From assembly GCA_965225945.1 (NCBI GenBank), contig CBDDBZ010000034.1, forward strand, positions 96,001 to 160,000: a stretch of DNA of 64,000 nt, read 5' to 3'. Below, one piece after another: positions 10,187-18,864 of the stretch. The stretch's first letter is position 1, and each line of letters begins with the position of its first letter. A program made the position numbers and the translations under genes. Source of the DNA: Alphaproteobacteria bacterium. GTDB lineage: Bacteria; Pseudomonadota; Alphaproteobacteria; GCA-2731375. The notes beneath the pieces are model-generated. The model saw nothing but the letters and a program-made list of their open reading frames with translations. It was not told the DNA's origin and searched no databases.

Positions 10187-11721
10187 CGCTGTCGCGCTGG
10201 CACGAGGACCTCGCCGCCCATGACGAGGCCTTCGCGTGCCTGCAAGATCTTCTTGACCCCTCATCCTTCGCAATCACAGTCGTCAAGGCCTTCCGGGAAT
10301 GGGGCCAGGGGCTGTTGCGCCTGGCCACGGCGCTCGTCCGGGAGAATGCCGCGCTCGAGCGGGAGAACGCGACCCTGCGGGACCGCATCGCCGAGCTCGA
10401 GCGGAGCGCGGCGCTTGACAGCACCACCAGCAGCAAGCCGCCCGCCAGCGACGGCCTGCGCAAGAAGAGCGGAACCCAGAGGCGCACCCGAAGCCAGCGC
10501 GGCAAGTCCGGCAGGCCAAGCGGCGGCCAGCCGGGCCACAAGGGAACGACGCTGGCGCGGACCGAGAGCCCGGACCATGTTGTGGATCATGACCCCTCCG
10601 CCTGTTCGGGCTGCGGCGCACCGCTGTCGGACGCCGACCGTCACCGCGCGCCCGTCTGTCGACAGGTCTTCGATGTGCCCGAGCCACGCCCCCTGGAGGT
10701 CACCGAACACCGCGCCCATCGCTGCCTCTGCGGCGCCTGCGCCACCGTGACAGGAGCCGTCTTCCCGGACGGCGTGACCGCCCCGGTCCAGTACGGGCCA
10801 CGCATCACCGCCTGGGTGAGCTACCTGCTGTACGCCCAGTTCGTTCCCGAGAAGCGCTTGGCCGAACTCATGAGCGACCTCTTCGCAGTGTCCATCTCCA
10901 CAGCCACGATCACCGCCATGGGCCGGCGAATCGCCAGGCGCTTCGAGCCCTTCCTCGCCCATGTCGCAGACGTGATCCGCACAGCGGTCCCGGTCAAGCA
11001 CCTCGACGAAACCGGCCTGCGGATCGCCGCCCGTACCCGCTGGCTCCACGTGCTGTGCACCCCATTCCTGACCGTCCTGCGCATCGGCGCGGGACGCGGC
11101 GATGTCGAAAAGGACCTCGAAGGCATCCTCATCCATGACGATTACGCCGCCTACTTCACCCTCAAGGGCGTGCGCCACGGCGCCTGCAACGCCCATCACC
11201 TGCGCGAACTCCAGGCCCTGATCGACATCGAGAAGGAAGACTGGGCAAAGAGCATGCACCGCCTCCTTGAGCGCGCACACAGGGCTACCCGCTTCTCCCG
11301 TGAGAACGGCCGCGACGTGCCCGCCTCCCTGGTGGCCCGGATCTCGCGGGCCTGGGCCCGCATCCTCGACCACGCCATCGCCTTCCACGAGGCGCAGCCG
11401 CCGCTCCGGACCGGCAAGCGCGGACGAAAGAAACGCCGCATCGGTCATAACCTCGCGCTCCGCCTCCGCAAGCACAAGGAGGGATGCCTGCGATTCCTCA
11501 CCGACCCGCGCACGCCGTTTACGAACAATGAGGCCGAACGTGACCTCCGAATGGCCAAGCTGCGCCAGAAGATCTCCGGTGGCTTCCGCTCCGAGAGGGG
11601 TGCCTACAACTTCGCCAGAATGCGTGCCGTCATCGCCACCGCCCGAAAGCAAGGCTGGAACGTCCTCCAGACCCTGGTGCATCCCGATCCGATGCAACTA
11701 ATCCCCCAACTGCGCCTCTGA
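10183..11721 (+). CDS. IS66 family transposase (TnpC type)
   Basis: Coiled coil, SSKPPASD, GGQPGHKG, CSGC/CLCGAC zinc ribbon, HLDETG, HDDY, CNAHHLREL, TNNEAERDLR. Confidence 0.95.
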   Translation: MTLSRWHEDLAAHDEAFACLQDLLDPSSFAITVVKAFREWGQGLLRLATALVRENAALERENATLRDRIAELERSAALDSTTSSKPPASDGLRKKSGTQRRTRSQRGKSGRPSGGQPGHKGTTLARTESPDHVVDHDPSACSGCGAPLSDADRHRAPVCRQVFDVPEPRPLEVTEHRAHRCLCGACATVTGAVFPDGVTAPVQYGPRITAWVSYLLYAQFVPEKRLAELMSDLFAVSISTATITAMGRRIARRFEPFLAHVADVIRTAVPVKHLDETGLRIAARTRWLHVLCTPFLTVLRIGAGRGDVEKDLEGILIHDDYAAYFTLKGVRHGACNAHHLRELQALIDIEKEDWAKSMHRLLERAHRATRFSRENGRDVPASLVARISRAWARILDHAIAFHEAQPPLRTGKRGRKKRRIGHNLALRLRKHKEGCLRFLTDPRTPFTNNEAERDLRMAKLRQKISGGFRSERGAYNFARMRAVIATARKQGWNVLQTLVHPDPMQLIPQLRL

Positions 11722-12380
11722 GAACACCGGCACCGCTACCAGCCCGGACCCCCACGATCCCTCACATACAAACGCTCGGGCCAATCAGACCTGGGTAGTT
11801 ACGATTTTATTGAGTTTACGAATGGTTCGCTCGGTTTTGACGCTTTCCAGGAAGGCCACCCAGGCCTTGTACTCGGCCTCGGTCTTGCCGCGTTCCCTGG
11901 CATAGCGCTCGAGCGTGCCCGTCCACTTCGGAAAGGCCTTCAAGCCTTCCTTGCGGGTCTCCATATAGCCGAAGACGCCCGGTTTGCCCTTGGCCGCTAG
12001 CGCCGGGGCGGGGGCAAGAGCGAGGCAGACCAGCGCCAGCGCCGCCGCCAGAAGTGGGCCGCCACGGCGCCGCGTCGAAGTCGACCGATCAGGCATGCTT
12101 GCCATATTACGCGCCGGGGCCCGAGAACCAAGTGACGACGCGCACGCACCCGTTCGCGGGCCGCCATGGCGGCCTCGGGCGCCTCGATTGAAGGCAATTT
12201 CGCGATATTGCGACTTTTTCCTCGGAATTCACCTCCTCCGACCCTATATTGGAGACTGGGTGAGGGCGAACCCGCCATGACCCAGCAGCAGTATTTCCCT
12301 GCTCCTCCCGGAGCCAAAAATAATATTTCCGGGGGAGCAGGGATTTTTCTTGCCCGTGTGTGGCCATGCGCCCCGTGCCG

Positions 12381-12935
12381 TCATGGCTTCGCCTTGCCGA
12401 GGGCACCCAGGAGCATGGACCGAACACCATCGCGATGTCGCCGCGCCAGCGCCTCGGGCGCGATGAAGCGGACGAACACCCTACCCGCCTCGCCGCTCAG
12501 GATGGCGCCGATGAAGGTGTGTCCCGCCAGCTCCCGCTTGGGCCCGCCCGGTCGGCCGGCGAGGAAGGTACCGCTCGCCTCGAACAGGTGGAGCGTGCGT
12601 CCGGCCTCGACGAAATGCTCGATCAGCACTTCCGGCGCCTCGACGAACTGCCGCCGCCAGCGTTCGAGGTTGGCCTCGATAGCACCGCCCGCGCCCGGCT
12701 TGAAATGATACACCACGGCGTGGCCGTTCCTGGGGCCGTCAGTGGCATCCGTGCCCGCCACGAAGAATTCCGCCGTGCGGAACCGCGAGCCGGGCGGCAC
12801 CCGGCGCCACCCCGGCGGGGGCCGCAGGACGAAGCCGCCGACCCGCAGGCTTTCCTCGGCCGCGCCCAGCGGCGCCGCCAGCGCGAGCAGCGGTACGGCC
12901 AGGACCATCCGCCGCGTGACGCCGCTCGCCATCAT
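12381..12935 (-). CDS. Hypothetical exported protein (possible Tat signal TRR)
   Basis: MMASGVTRRMVLAVPLLALA..., GGAIEANLERWRRQF; GC3-biased frame. Confidence 0.6.
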   Translation of the reverse strand: MMASGVTRRMVLAVPLLALAAPLGAAEESLRVGGFVLRPPPGWRRVPPGSRFRTAEFFVAGTDATDGPRNGHAVVYHFKPGAGGAIEANLERWRRQFVEAPEVLIEHFVEAGRTLHLFEASGTFLAGRPGGPKRELAGHTFIGAILSGEAGRVFVRFIAPEALARRHRDGVRSMLLGALGKAKP

Positions 12936-13082
12936 ATTGGGCCCCGATGTTCGACCATGGGACGCATTATCGCGCGCTGGTGGCGGTGGCATCGCTCGAA
13001 TCGCGGGATCGTGAGACGAAGTGAGCCGGCGCCGGCCGACTTTGATCCCATATCGAGGCGAGGAGTGCGGAGAACTTCGTCG

Positions 13083-13603
13083 ATGCGTCTCTATTCCTTT
13101 CGCCCTGGTCTCGCCGCCGCCCTGTTCGCCGTGGCGATGAGCGCACTGACCGCGATGCCCGCGCAGGCCGACTTCGACGCGGGCCTCGACGCCTACGACG
13201 GCGGACGCTACGCGGACGCGGTGGCTCATTGGGAGCCCCTGGCGGCAAACGGTCACGCGGACGCCCAACTGGCGCTCGCCGGTCTCTACCGCCACGGGCT
13301 CGGGGTCCCGGCCGATGCCGCGCGGGCCGCCAGATTCCTTTCGCCCTGGTCTCGCCGCCGCGGCTCTATCGCATGGCGGCGGAACGGGGGCTGGCCGTGG
13401 CCCAGCTCAATTTGGGCGAGATGTATGCCCGCGGCGAGGGCGTGGCCCGCGATTCGGTCCAAGCCTTTGTCTGGTACCGGCGCGCGGCGGCGCTCGGTAA
13501 CGCCTGGGCCGTGCGCGCGGCGGCGGCCGTCGCCGCCCGCCTTACCCCGGCGGAGCGCGAACGGGCGATGCGTGAACTCGCGGCGGACCCATCGTCGCGC
13601 TGA
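13083..13603 (+). pseudogene. Secreted Sel1-repeat protein, frameshifted
   Basis: Signal peptide, ADFDAGLDAY, AQLALAGLYRHGLGV, then AQLNLGEMYARGEGV in another frame; a 28-bp copy of 13093-13120 sits at 13334-13361. Confidence 0.75.
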
Positions 13604-13616
13604 GCCTCGACCCCGA

Positions 13617-14498
13617 TCAATCCTCCAGGCGAAACTCGACGACCGCGCCGAAGGCGGCCTCGGGCCCGACGCGCAAGCAATCCTCGACGCGGGCGTACGC
13701 CACCGCGCCGCCATCGAGACAGCCGGCCACGCGCGCCAGATCGGCGCAGGCGAGCGTCATCGCGACGATCGCCGGGCGCGCCGCCGGCACGGGCACGTCG
13801 AGGCCTGGAAAGCGTGCCTCGATCTCCTCCGGCGGCAGCACCACGATCCGGCCTCGGCCGGTCTCGACCAGCAGGCGCCGGCCCTCGCCATGCACCGCGT
13901 TCGGCGCCACCAGGGCCACGTAGTAGGGCGTCAGGTCGGCCGGCCGATCGGCGACCAGCACCACCTCCGTGATCCCTCGGGCGCCGTTGGGGTGGGCCTG
14001 ATATTCGCCATGCCAGAAGTATTCGGGCGTGTGCTGCTGGCAGACGAAATGTGGCGCGTCGGCGGCCTCGGGCGGCAGGGCGAAGACGATGGAAAAGGAC
14101 ACGGTCGCCTCGCCCCCGCCCGGTTGAGCGGCGGCGCGGGAAAAGTCCACCGGCTCGTACGTGTCGAGACCGGCTTCCCGAAAGCGGCGATGATCGGCCC
14201 GCGCGTCGCTCGAGGAGAGCACCACGAAGGCGAGGCCCTCGCGACGGGCGAGGAAATCGTCCAAGTGCGCGCCCAGGCTGTAGCGCTCGGCGCTGGCTGA
14301 GGGAAAGCGCTCGGGCGCGGCGACGCCCAGCAGCTCGATGAAATTGCCGTCGAGGATCGCCAGCTGATTGGCGGTACCGAAGGGATGCTCGGCCCGGGGC
14401 GTGAGCGTGAAGCCCATGCGCTCGAAGCGCGCACCGACCGCGCCGAGGTCGCGGGCGCCGAGCACCAAATGGTCGAGACCGGGTATGTCCTGGAGCAT
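13617..14498 (-). CDS. VOC/glyoxalase-like family protein
   Basis: GLDHLVL, HPFGTANQL, FIELL, HPNGA motifs; ATG at 14498 preceded by GGAGG. Confidence 0.8.
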   Translation of the reverse strand: MLQDIPGLDHLVLGARDLGAVGARFERMGFTLTPRAEHPFGTANQLAILDGNFIELLGVAAPERFPSASAERYSLGAHLDDFLARREGLAFVVLSSSDARADHRRFREAGLDTYEPVDFSRAAAQPGGGEATVSFSIVFALPPEAADAPHFVCQQHTPEYFWHGEYQAHPNGARGITEVVLVADRPADLTPYYVALVAPNAVHGEGRRLLVETGRGRIVVLPPEEIEARFPGLDVPVPAARPAIVAMTLACADLARVAGCLDGGAVAYARVEDCLRVGPEAAFGAVVEFRLED

Positions 14499-14813
14499 CC
14501 TTGCCTCCCGAAGTCCGGCATGATCCGCATTCGCGGAATCGGATAATGCGTCGACACCCCGTTGTAGCACGCCGCCCCGGCGATGATGGGCGACCACGCC
14601 GAGGCTCGGATAGCGCGGCCGGACCTGGGTCCGCCGGGCGCCACAGGCGGCGCAGCGCATCCGCCGGCCGACGGCGGTGATCGGCGTCGCCGCGCCGAGC
14701 TTGGCGATCAGCAGGGCCAACGGCGGCTCCCGGTAGCGCCCGCAGCTCTCGCACCAGGCGGAAAGGGCGATGCCGCGGCGCGCCAGCTCGCCCAAGGTCA
14801 CGGTCCCCGCCAT
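14499..14813 (-). CDS. Small CxxC...CxxC zinc-ribbon protein, in frame with the downstream VOC gene with no stop between them
   Basis: MAGTVTLGELARRGIALSAWCESC...RMRCAACGAR. Confidence 0.55.
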
Positions 14814-14851
14814 CGTCCACCCGCCGCCCTGCGGTTGCCTTGCCAATATAG

Positions 14852-14866
14852 GAACAACACAGGAAC
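14852..14866 (-). promoter_or_regulatory. Alphaproteobacterial LexA (SOS) box
   Basis: GAAC-AACACAG-GAAC (= GTTC-N7-GTTC on the minus strand) about 40 bp upstream of the zinc-ribbon ORF. Confidence 0.7.
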
Positions 14867-15148
14867 ATATGGCGGTATGTCAAGCGCGTCATTTTGGTGG
14901 CGGCACGCGGTCTTGGTCCGTCCGGCACCGACCCCCAACGTCCGCACCATCGAGATCGGTGGCGGATCGGGGCGCGGCGCCGCCGGCAAGACCATCGATC
15001 TCGAGCGCGCGTGAACGTCGGCGCCAGCTCGCGAACGGATATGGAGCCGGTTCCCGGTCGAAACGTTTCTCGCTTCGCTCAGTGTCCTTGCTTTGAAATG
15101 CCCCCGAGGCCTGCAAAAATCGCCGCTGGCGACGTTTCGCTCGGACCC

Positions 15149-15853
15149 TCAGCCGCCGAGGAAGATTCGTTTCACGCCGTCGCTCGCCAAGAGTTCCTCC
15201 GCCGTGCCCTCCAGCACCACGCGGCCGCTTTCCAGGACATATCCGCGATGTGCCAGGCTGAGCGCGGTTTGCACGTTCTGCTCGATGAACAGGATGGCGA
15301 CGCCGCTCTCGTTGATGCGCCGGAGCACCGCCATGGTGCGCTCGGCGACGGCGGGCGCGAGGCCGAGCAGTGGCTCGTCGACCAAAAGCAGTTCCGGTTT
15401 CGACATCAGCCCCCGGCCGAGTGCCAGCATCTGCTGCTCGCCGCCGCTCAGCGAATGGGCCATCTGCTCGGCGCGCTCTTCCAGCCGGGGGAAGAGATCG
15501 TAGACATAGGCGAGTGTTTCGGCCCGCGCGGCCCGGGCGGTCGGGTTGTAGCCGCCGAGCCAGAGGTTCTTGCGCACCGACATGTAGGGGAAGACCCGCC
15601 GGCGCTCCATGATATGGGAGAGGCGGCGACGGACGATCAGTTGCGGCGCCAAGCCGTCGATCCGCTCGCCTTTGAACTCGATGCGGCCCGCCTTGGCCGG
15701 CCTGAGGCCGGATATCGCGTTCAGCATCGTGCTCTTGCCGGCACCGTTGGGGCCGAGGACGGCGACGATCTCGCCCGCCCGGACCTCGAGGCTGACACCC
15801 CAGATCACCTGGAAATCGCCGTAGCTGACTTCCAGGTCGGTGACGCTAAGCAT
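15149..15853 (-). CDS. Branched-chain amino acid-type ABC transporter ATPase (LivF-like)
   Basis: GPNGAGKS, LSGGEQQML, LLVDEP. Confidence 0.92.
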   Translation of the reverse strand: MLSVTDLEVSYGDFQVIWGVSLEVRAGEIVAVLGPNGAGKSTMLNAISGLRPAKAGRIEFKGERIDGLAPQLIVRRRLSHIMERRRVFPYMSVRKNLWLGGYNPTARAARAETLAYVYDLFPRLEERAEQMAHSLSGGEQQMLALGRGLMSKPELLLVDEPLLGLAPAVAERTMAVLRRINESGVAILFIEQNVQTALSLAHRGYVLESGRVVLEGTAEELLASDGVKRIFLGG

Positions 15854-15870
15854 AGGCGACGCCCAGAACG

Positions 15871-16584
15871 CTACGCATAGGCGACGCCAAGATAGGACTC
15901 GATGACCCGGGAATCGCCCTGGATCTCGGCTGGGCTGCCCTCGGCGATCTTGGCACCCAGGTGCAGCGCCAGCACCCGGTCCGCCAGGCTCATCAGCACC
16001 GCCATGTTGTGCTCGATCACGACGACGGCGACACCGTCCTCGCGCAGCCGGCGCACCAAGTCGATCAGGCCCGGGATGCTGCGTTGATCGACCCCGCCCG
16101 TGACCTCGTCCAGCAGCAGGAACCTGGGCCGCGTGGCCATCGCCCGGGCCATCTCCAGGCGCTTGCGCTGTCCGGTGGAGAGCACGTTGGCGAAGGCGCG
16201 GCGCCTGTCGAGGAGACCGACGAAGTCGAGCGCGGCGAGCGCGTGGCCGCGCGCCTGGCGCATGTCGGCGGTGTGCTGCATGACGCCCACCATCACGTTC
16301 TCCTCGACCGACATCTTCTGGAACGGCTTCAGTTTCTGGAAGGTGCGGGCGATGCCCAGGCGGTTGATCTGGTCGCTTCTGAGCGAGAGCAGCGAGCGGC
16401 CGTCGAGGCGAATGTCGCCTTCGTCGGGCTTCAGGTAGCCGCTGATCAGCTCGAACAGCGTCGACTTGCCGGCGCCGTTCGGACCGATGACGCCGAGGAT
16501 CTCGCCCGCCTGGACCGAGAAGGTGATCCGATCGTTCGCCACCAGGCCACCGAAGCGCTTGGTCAGATCCTGGACCTCAAGCAT
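15871..16584 (-). CDS. Branched-chain amino acid-type ABC transporter ATPase (LivG-like)
   Basis: GPNGAGKS, IARTFQ, LLLDE, IEHNM, VIESYLG. Confidence 0.92.
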   Translation of the reverse strand: MLEVQDLTKRFGGLVANDRITFSVQAGEILGVIGPNGAGKSTLFELISGYLKPDEGDIRLDGRSLLSLRSDQINRLGIARTFQKLKPFQKMSVEENVMVGVMQHTADMRQARGHALAALDFVGLLDRRRAFANVLSTGQRKRLEMARAMATRPRFLLLDEVTGGVDQRSIPGLIDLVRRLREDGVAVVVIEHNMAVLMSLADRVLALHLGAKIAEGSPAEIQGDSRVIESYLGVAYA

Positions 16585-17632
16585 CGCTTGGCCTGTGCAG
16601 GATCTTGCGCACCAAGCCGATCAGGCCCTGGGGATAGAGCAGCGAGATGGCGACGATCATGGCGCCGTAGATCATCAGGTCCTCGGCGCCGCCGGTGCCG
16701 CCGACGTAGACGCGGGTCAGCTCCGAGAGCGGGAACAGGATGGCGGCGCCGATGATCGGCCCCCAGAGCGTGCCCAGCCCGCCCAGCATGGTCATCAGCA
16801 CGACCAGGATCGAGAGCAGGAGCGGGAACACGGTTTCCGGATCGATCACCAGGACGTACTGCGCGAACTGGGTGCCGGCGATCGAGGTGAAGGCGGCCGA
16901 GAGCATGATGGCCAACAGCTTGTAGCGAGTCAGGGGGACGCCGAGGCTGCTGGCCGCGTCGGGCTCCTCGCGGATCGCCCGGAAGTAGAGGCCGGCCTTG
17001 GAGCGTTCCAGCCAGGCCACCAGGGCGCAGGCGGCCACCAGGAAGGCCAGCGCGATATAGTAGTTCGGCAGCTTGTTGTCGTGGAACTGGTAGCTGAACC
17101 AGGGCTGCTCGCGATGGATCGGAATCCAGATCCCGGTGGCGCCGCCGAAATGCTCCCAGTTGATCGCGATGGTCCGAACGATTTCGCCGATCACCAAGGT
17201 GGAGATGGCAAAATAGTGGCCGCGCAAGCGGAAGGTCGGCAGCCCCATGAGGAGCGCCAGGATCATCGAGACCACGACCCCGACCCCCATCCCGATCCAC
17301 GGCGAGATTCCGAAGAAGGTGTAAAGATAGGCGGCGGCGTAGGCGCCGATGCCGAAGAAGATCGCCTGGCCGAGAGAGATCTGGCCGCAATAGCCGGCGA
17401 GCAGGTTCCAGCCCTGGGCCATCAGGCCATAGATGAAGATCATCACCACGATGTGACGCTGGTAGGGCTGTTCGAGGATCAGGGGATAGAGCAGCGCCGC
17501 AAGCGCGACCACCACCAGGGCCACCAGTTGGCGCCGGCCGAGGGCCGGGCGCGCCGGCTCGGCCAGGGCCGCTTCCAGCTCGTCCTCGTCCCGGCTGCCG
17601 ATGGCTCGGCTGGAGATCGTCGAATTGGCCAT
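16577..17632 (-). CDS. Branched-chain amino acid-type ABC permease (LivM-like)
   Basis: WNLLAGYCGQISLGQ, RLRGHYFAI, AIREEPDAA, LGGLGTLWGP. Confidence 0.9.
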   Translation of the reverse strand: MANSTISSRAIGSRDEDELEAALAEPARPALGRRQLVALVVVALAALLYPLILEQPYQRHIVVMIFIYGLMAQGWNLLAGYCGQISLGQAIFFGIGAYAAAYLYTFFGISPWIGMGVGVVVSMILALLMGLPTFRLRGHYFAISTLVIGEIVRTIAINWEHFGGATGIWIPIHREQPWFSYQFHDNKLPNYYIALAFLVAACALVAWLERSKAGLYFRAIREEPDAASSLGVPLTRYKLLAIMLSAAFTSIAGTQFAQYVLVIDPETVFPLLLSILVVLMTMLGGLGTLWGPIIGAAILFPLSELTRVYVGGTGGAEDLMIYGAMIVAISLLYPQGLIGLVRKILHRPSDA

Positions 17633-18498
17633 CAGAACTTCCCGAAGAGGCCGGCCGGACGGGTCAGGACGACGAGCAGGTACATGCCGAAAACGATGGC
17701 GTATTTGTAGGCCGGCTCGAACAGCAGGCCGCCGACGGCTTCCACCAGCCCGATCAGCAGGCCGGCGACCAGGGCGCCGAGCAGGCTGCCGAAGCCCCCC
17801 ATGGCCACGGTCACATAAGCGATCAGCGCGAACAGCAAACCGATCTCCGGCTCGATCGGGTAATAGTTCGCCAGCAACACGCCGGCGACCGCCACGCAGG
17901 AGGCGCCGACGCCCCAGCCGAGCGCATACATCCGCTGGGTGTGGATGCCCATGAGGCTGGCCGCCTCGCGGTCCTGCGCCGTGGCCTCGAGCGCGACGCC
18001 GGTCTCGGTATGATTGATGAAGAGATAGAGGAAGCCGAAGGCCAGCACGCAGCCGAACGCGGCGACCATCTGCGGCACGCCCAGGTACATCCCCGCGATC
18101 TCCACCCGGCCGCTGACGATCGGCTCCAGGATCATACGAAAATCGGCCGTCCACAGGAACTGGGCCAGGCTGCGCAGGAAGATCGACAGGCCGAAGGTGG
18201 CGGTGATCTGCACCAGCATCGGCGCGTGCAGGATATGGCGGATGATGCCGTAGTGGGTCGCGACGCCCAGCATGAACAGCATCACGATGCAGGCCGGCAG
18301 AGAAAACAAGGGATCGATGCCGAAGGCGATGTAAAACCAGAAGGCCGCGTACATCGACAGCATCAGGAATTCGCCATGGGCGAAGTTGACGATTTCCATC
18401 AGGCCGAAGATCAGGCTGAGCCCGGCGGCGACCAGGGCGTAGATGAAGCCCAGCAGCAGACCGCTGATCACCGTCTGCAGGACGATCTCCGCGGTCAT
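17632..18498 (-). CDS. Branched-chain amino acid-type ABC permease (LivH-like)
   Basis: YALVAAGLSLIFG, VNFAHGEF, RPAGLFG. Confidence 0.92.
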   Translation of the reverse strand: MTAEIVLQTVISGLLLGFIYALVAAGLSLIFGLMEIVNFAHGEFLMLSMYAAFWFYIAFGIDPLFSLPACIVMLFMLGVATHYGIIRHILHAPMLVQITATFGLSIFLRSLAQFLWTADFRMILEPIVSGRVEIAGMYLGVPQMVAAFGCVLAFGFLYLFINHTETGVALEATAQDREAASLMGIHTQRMYALGWGVGASCVAVAGVLLANYYPIEPEIGLLFALIAYVTVAMGGFGSLLGALVAGLLIGLVEAVGGLLFEPAYKYAIVFGMYLLVVLTRPAGLFGKF

Positions 18499-18864
18499 GG
18501 CGACCGGCGGGCCGTCGGCGGCGTTCCGCCCGGGGACCGCGCGCCGGGTGGGTATGGGTGAGAATAGGCCATGGCATCGATCTTAGGCAAGCGGGCGAGG
18601 GATTGTCCATGATCCCGGCCCCGGAAAACCACCCGAACGCGAGACGGCTCGCCTAAACCGGTCGGAGGGGCTACACTCACCTGGTGAAGTGGACCAAGGC
18701 CGATCGGAGGTGGCTCCGATCGGGGCCGGCGCGGACTCGGTTGCGATCGATTGCGCGCGGACGGTTCGGCTTCGTCGGAAGGCGCCTCGCCCGGCGGACG
18801 GATTTGCCGGAATCATGCGCCTCCGTCACTCGGCGATGAGCCGGAAAGAGGGAGGGAGACGGCC

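Larger units (their letters stand above)
9372..11802 (+). mobile_element. IS66-family element (single-transposase, ISBst12-like) with passenger DNA methyltransferase
   Basis: 14-bp TIR GTAACTACCCAGGT (9372-9385 / 11789-11802); 8-bp TSD GATTTTAT (9364-9371 / 11803-11810); GTAA ends and 8-bp TSD are typical of IS66. Confidence 0.93.
8944..12105 (-). pseudogene. Transglutaminase-like cysteine peptidase (BTLCP/LapG-like), interrupted by IS66 element
   Basis: N-terminal part 12105-11803 (signal peptide, FPKW) and C-terminal part 9371-8944 (DYWATP, GDCEDYAIAK, HAIL, LILDNQ) rejoin in frame (KLNKI-NNFHNK) when the IS and one TSD copy are removed. Confidence 0.9.
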
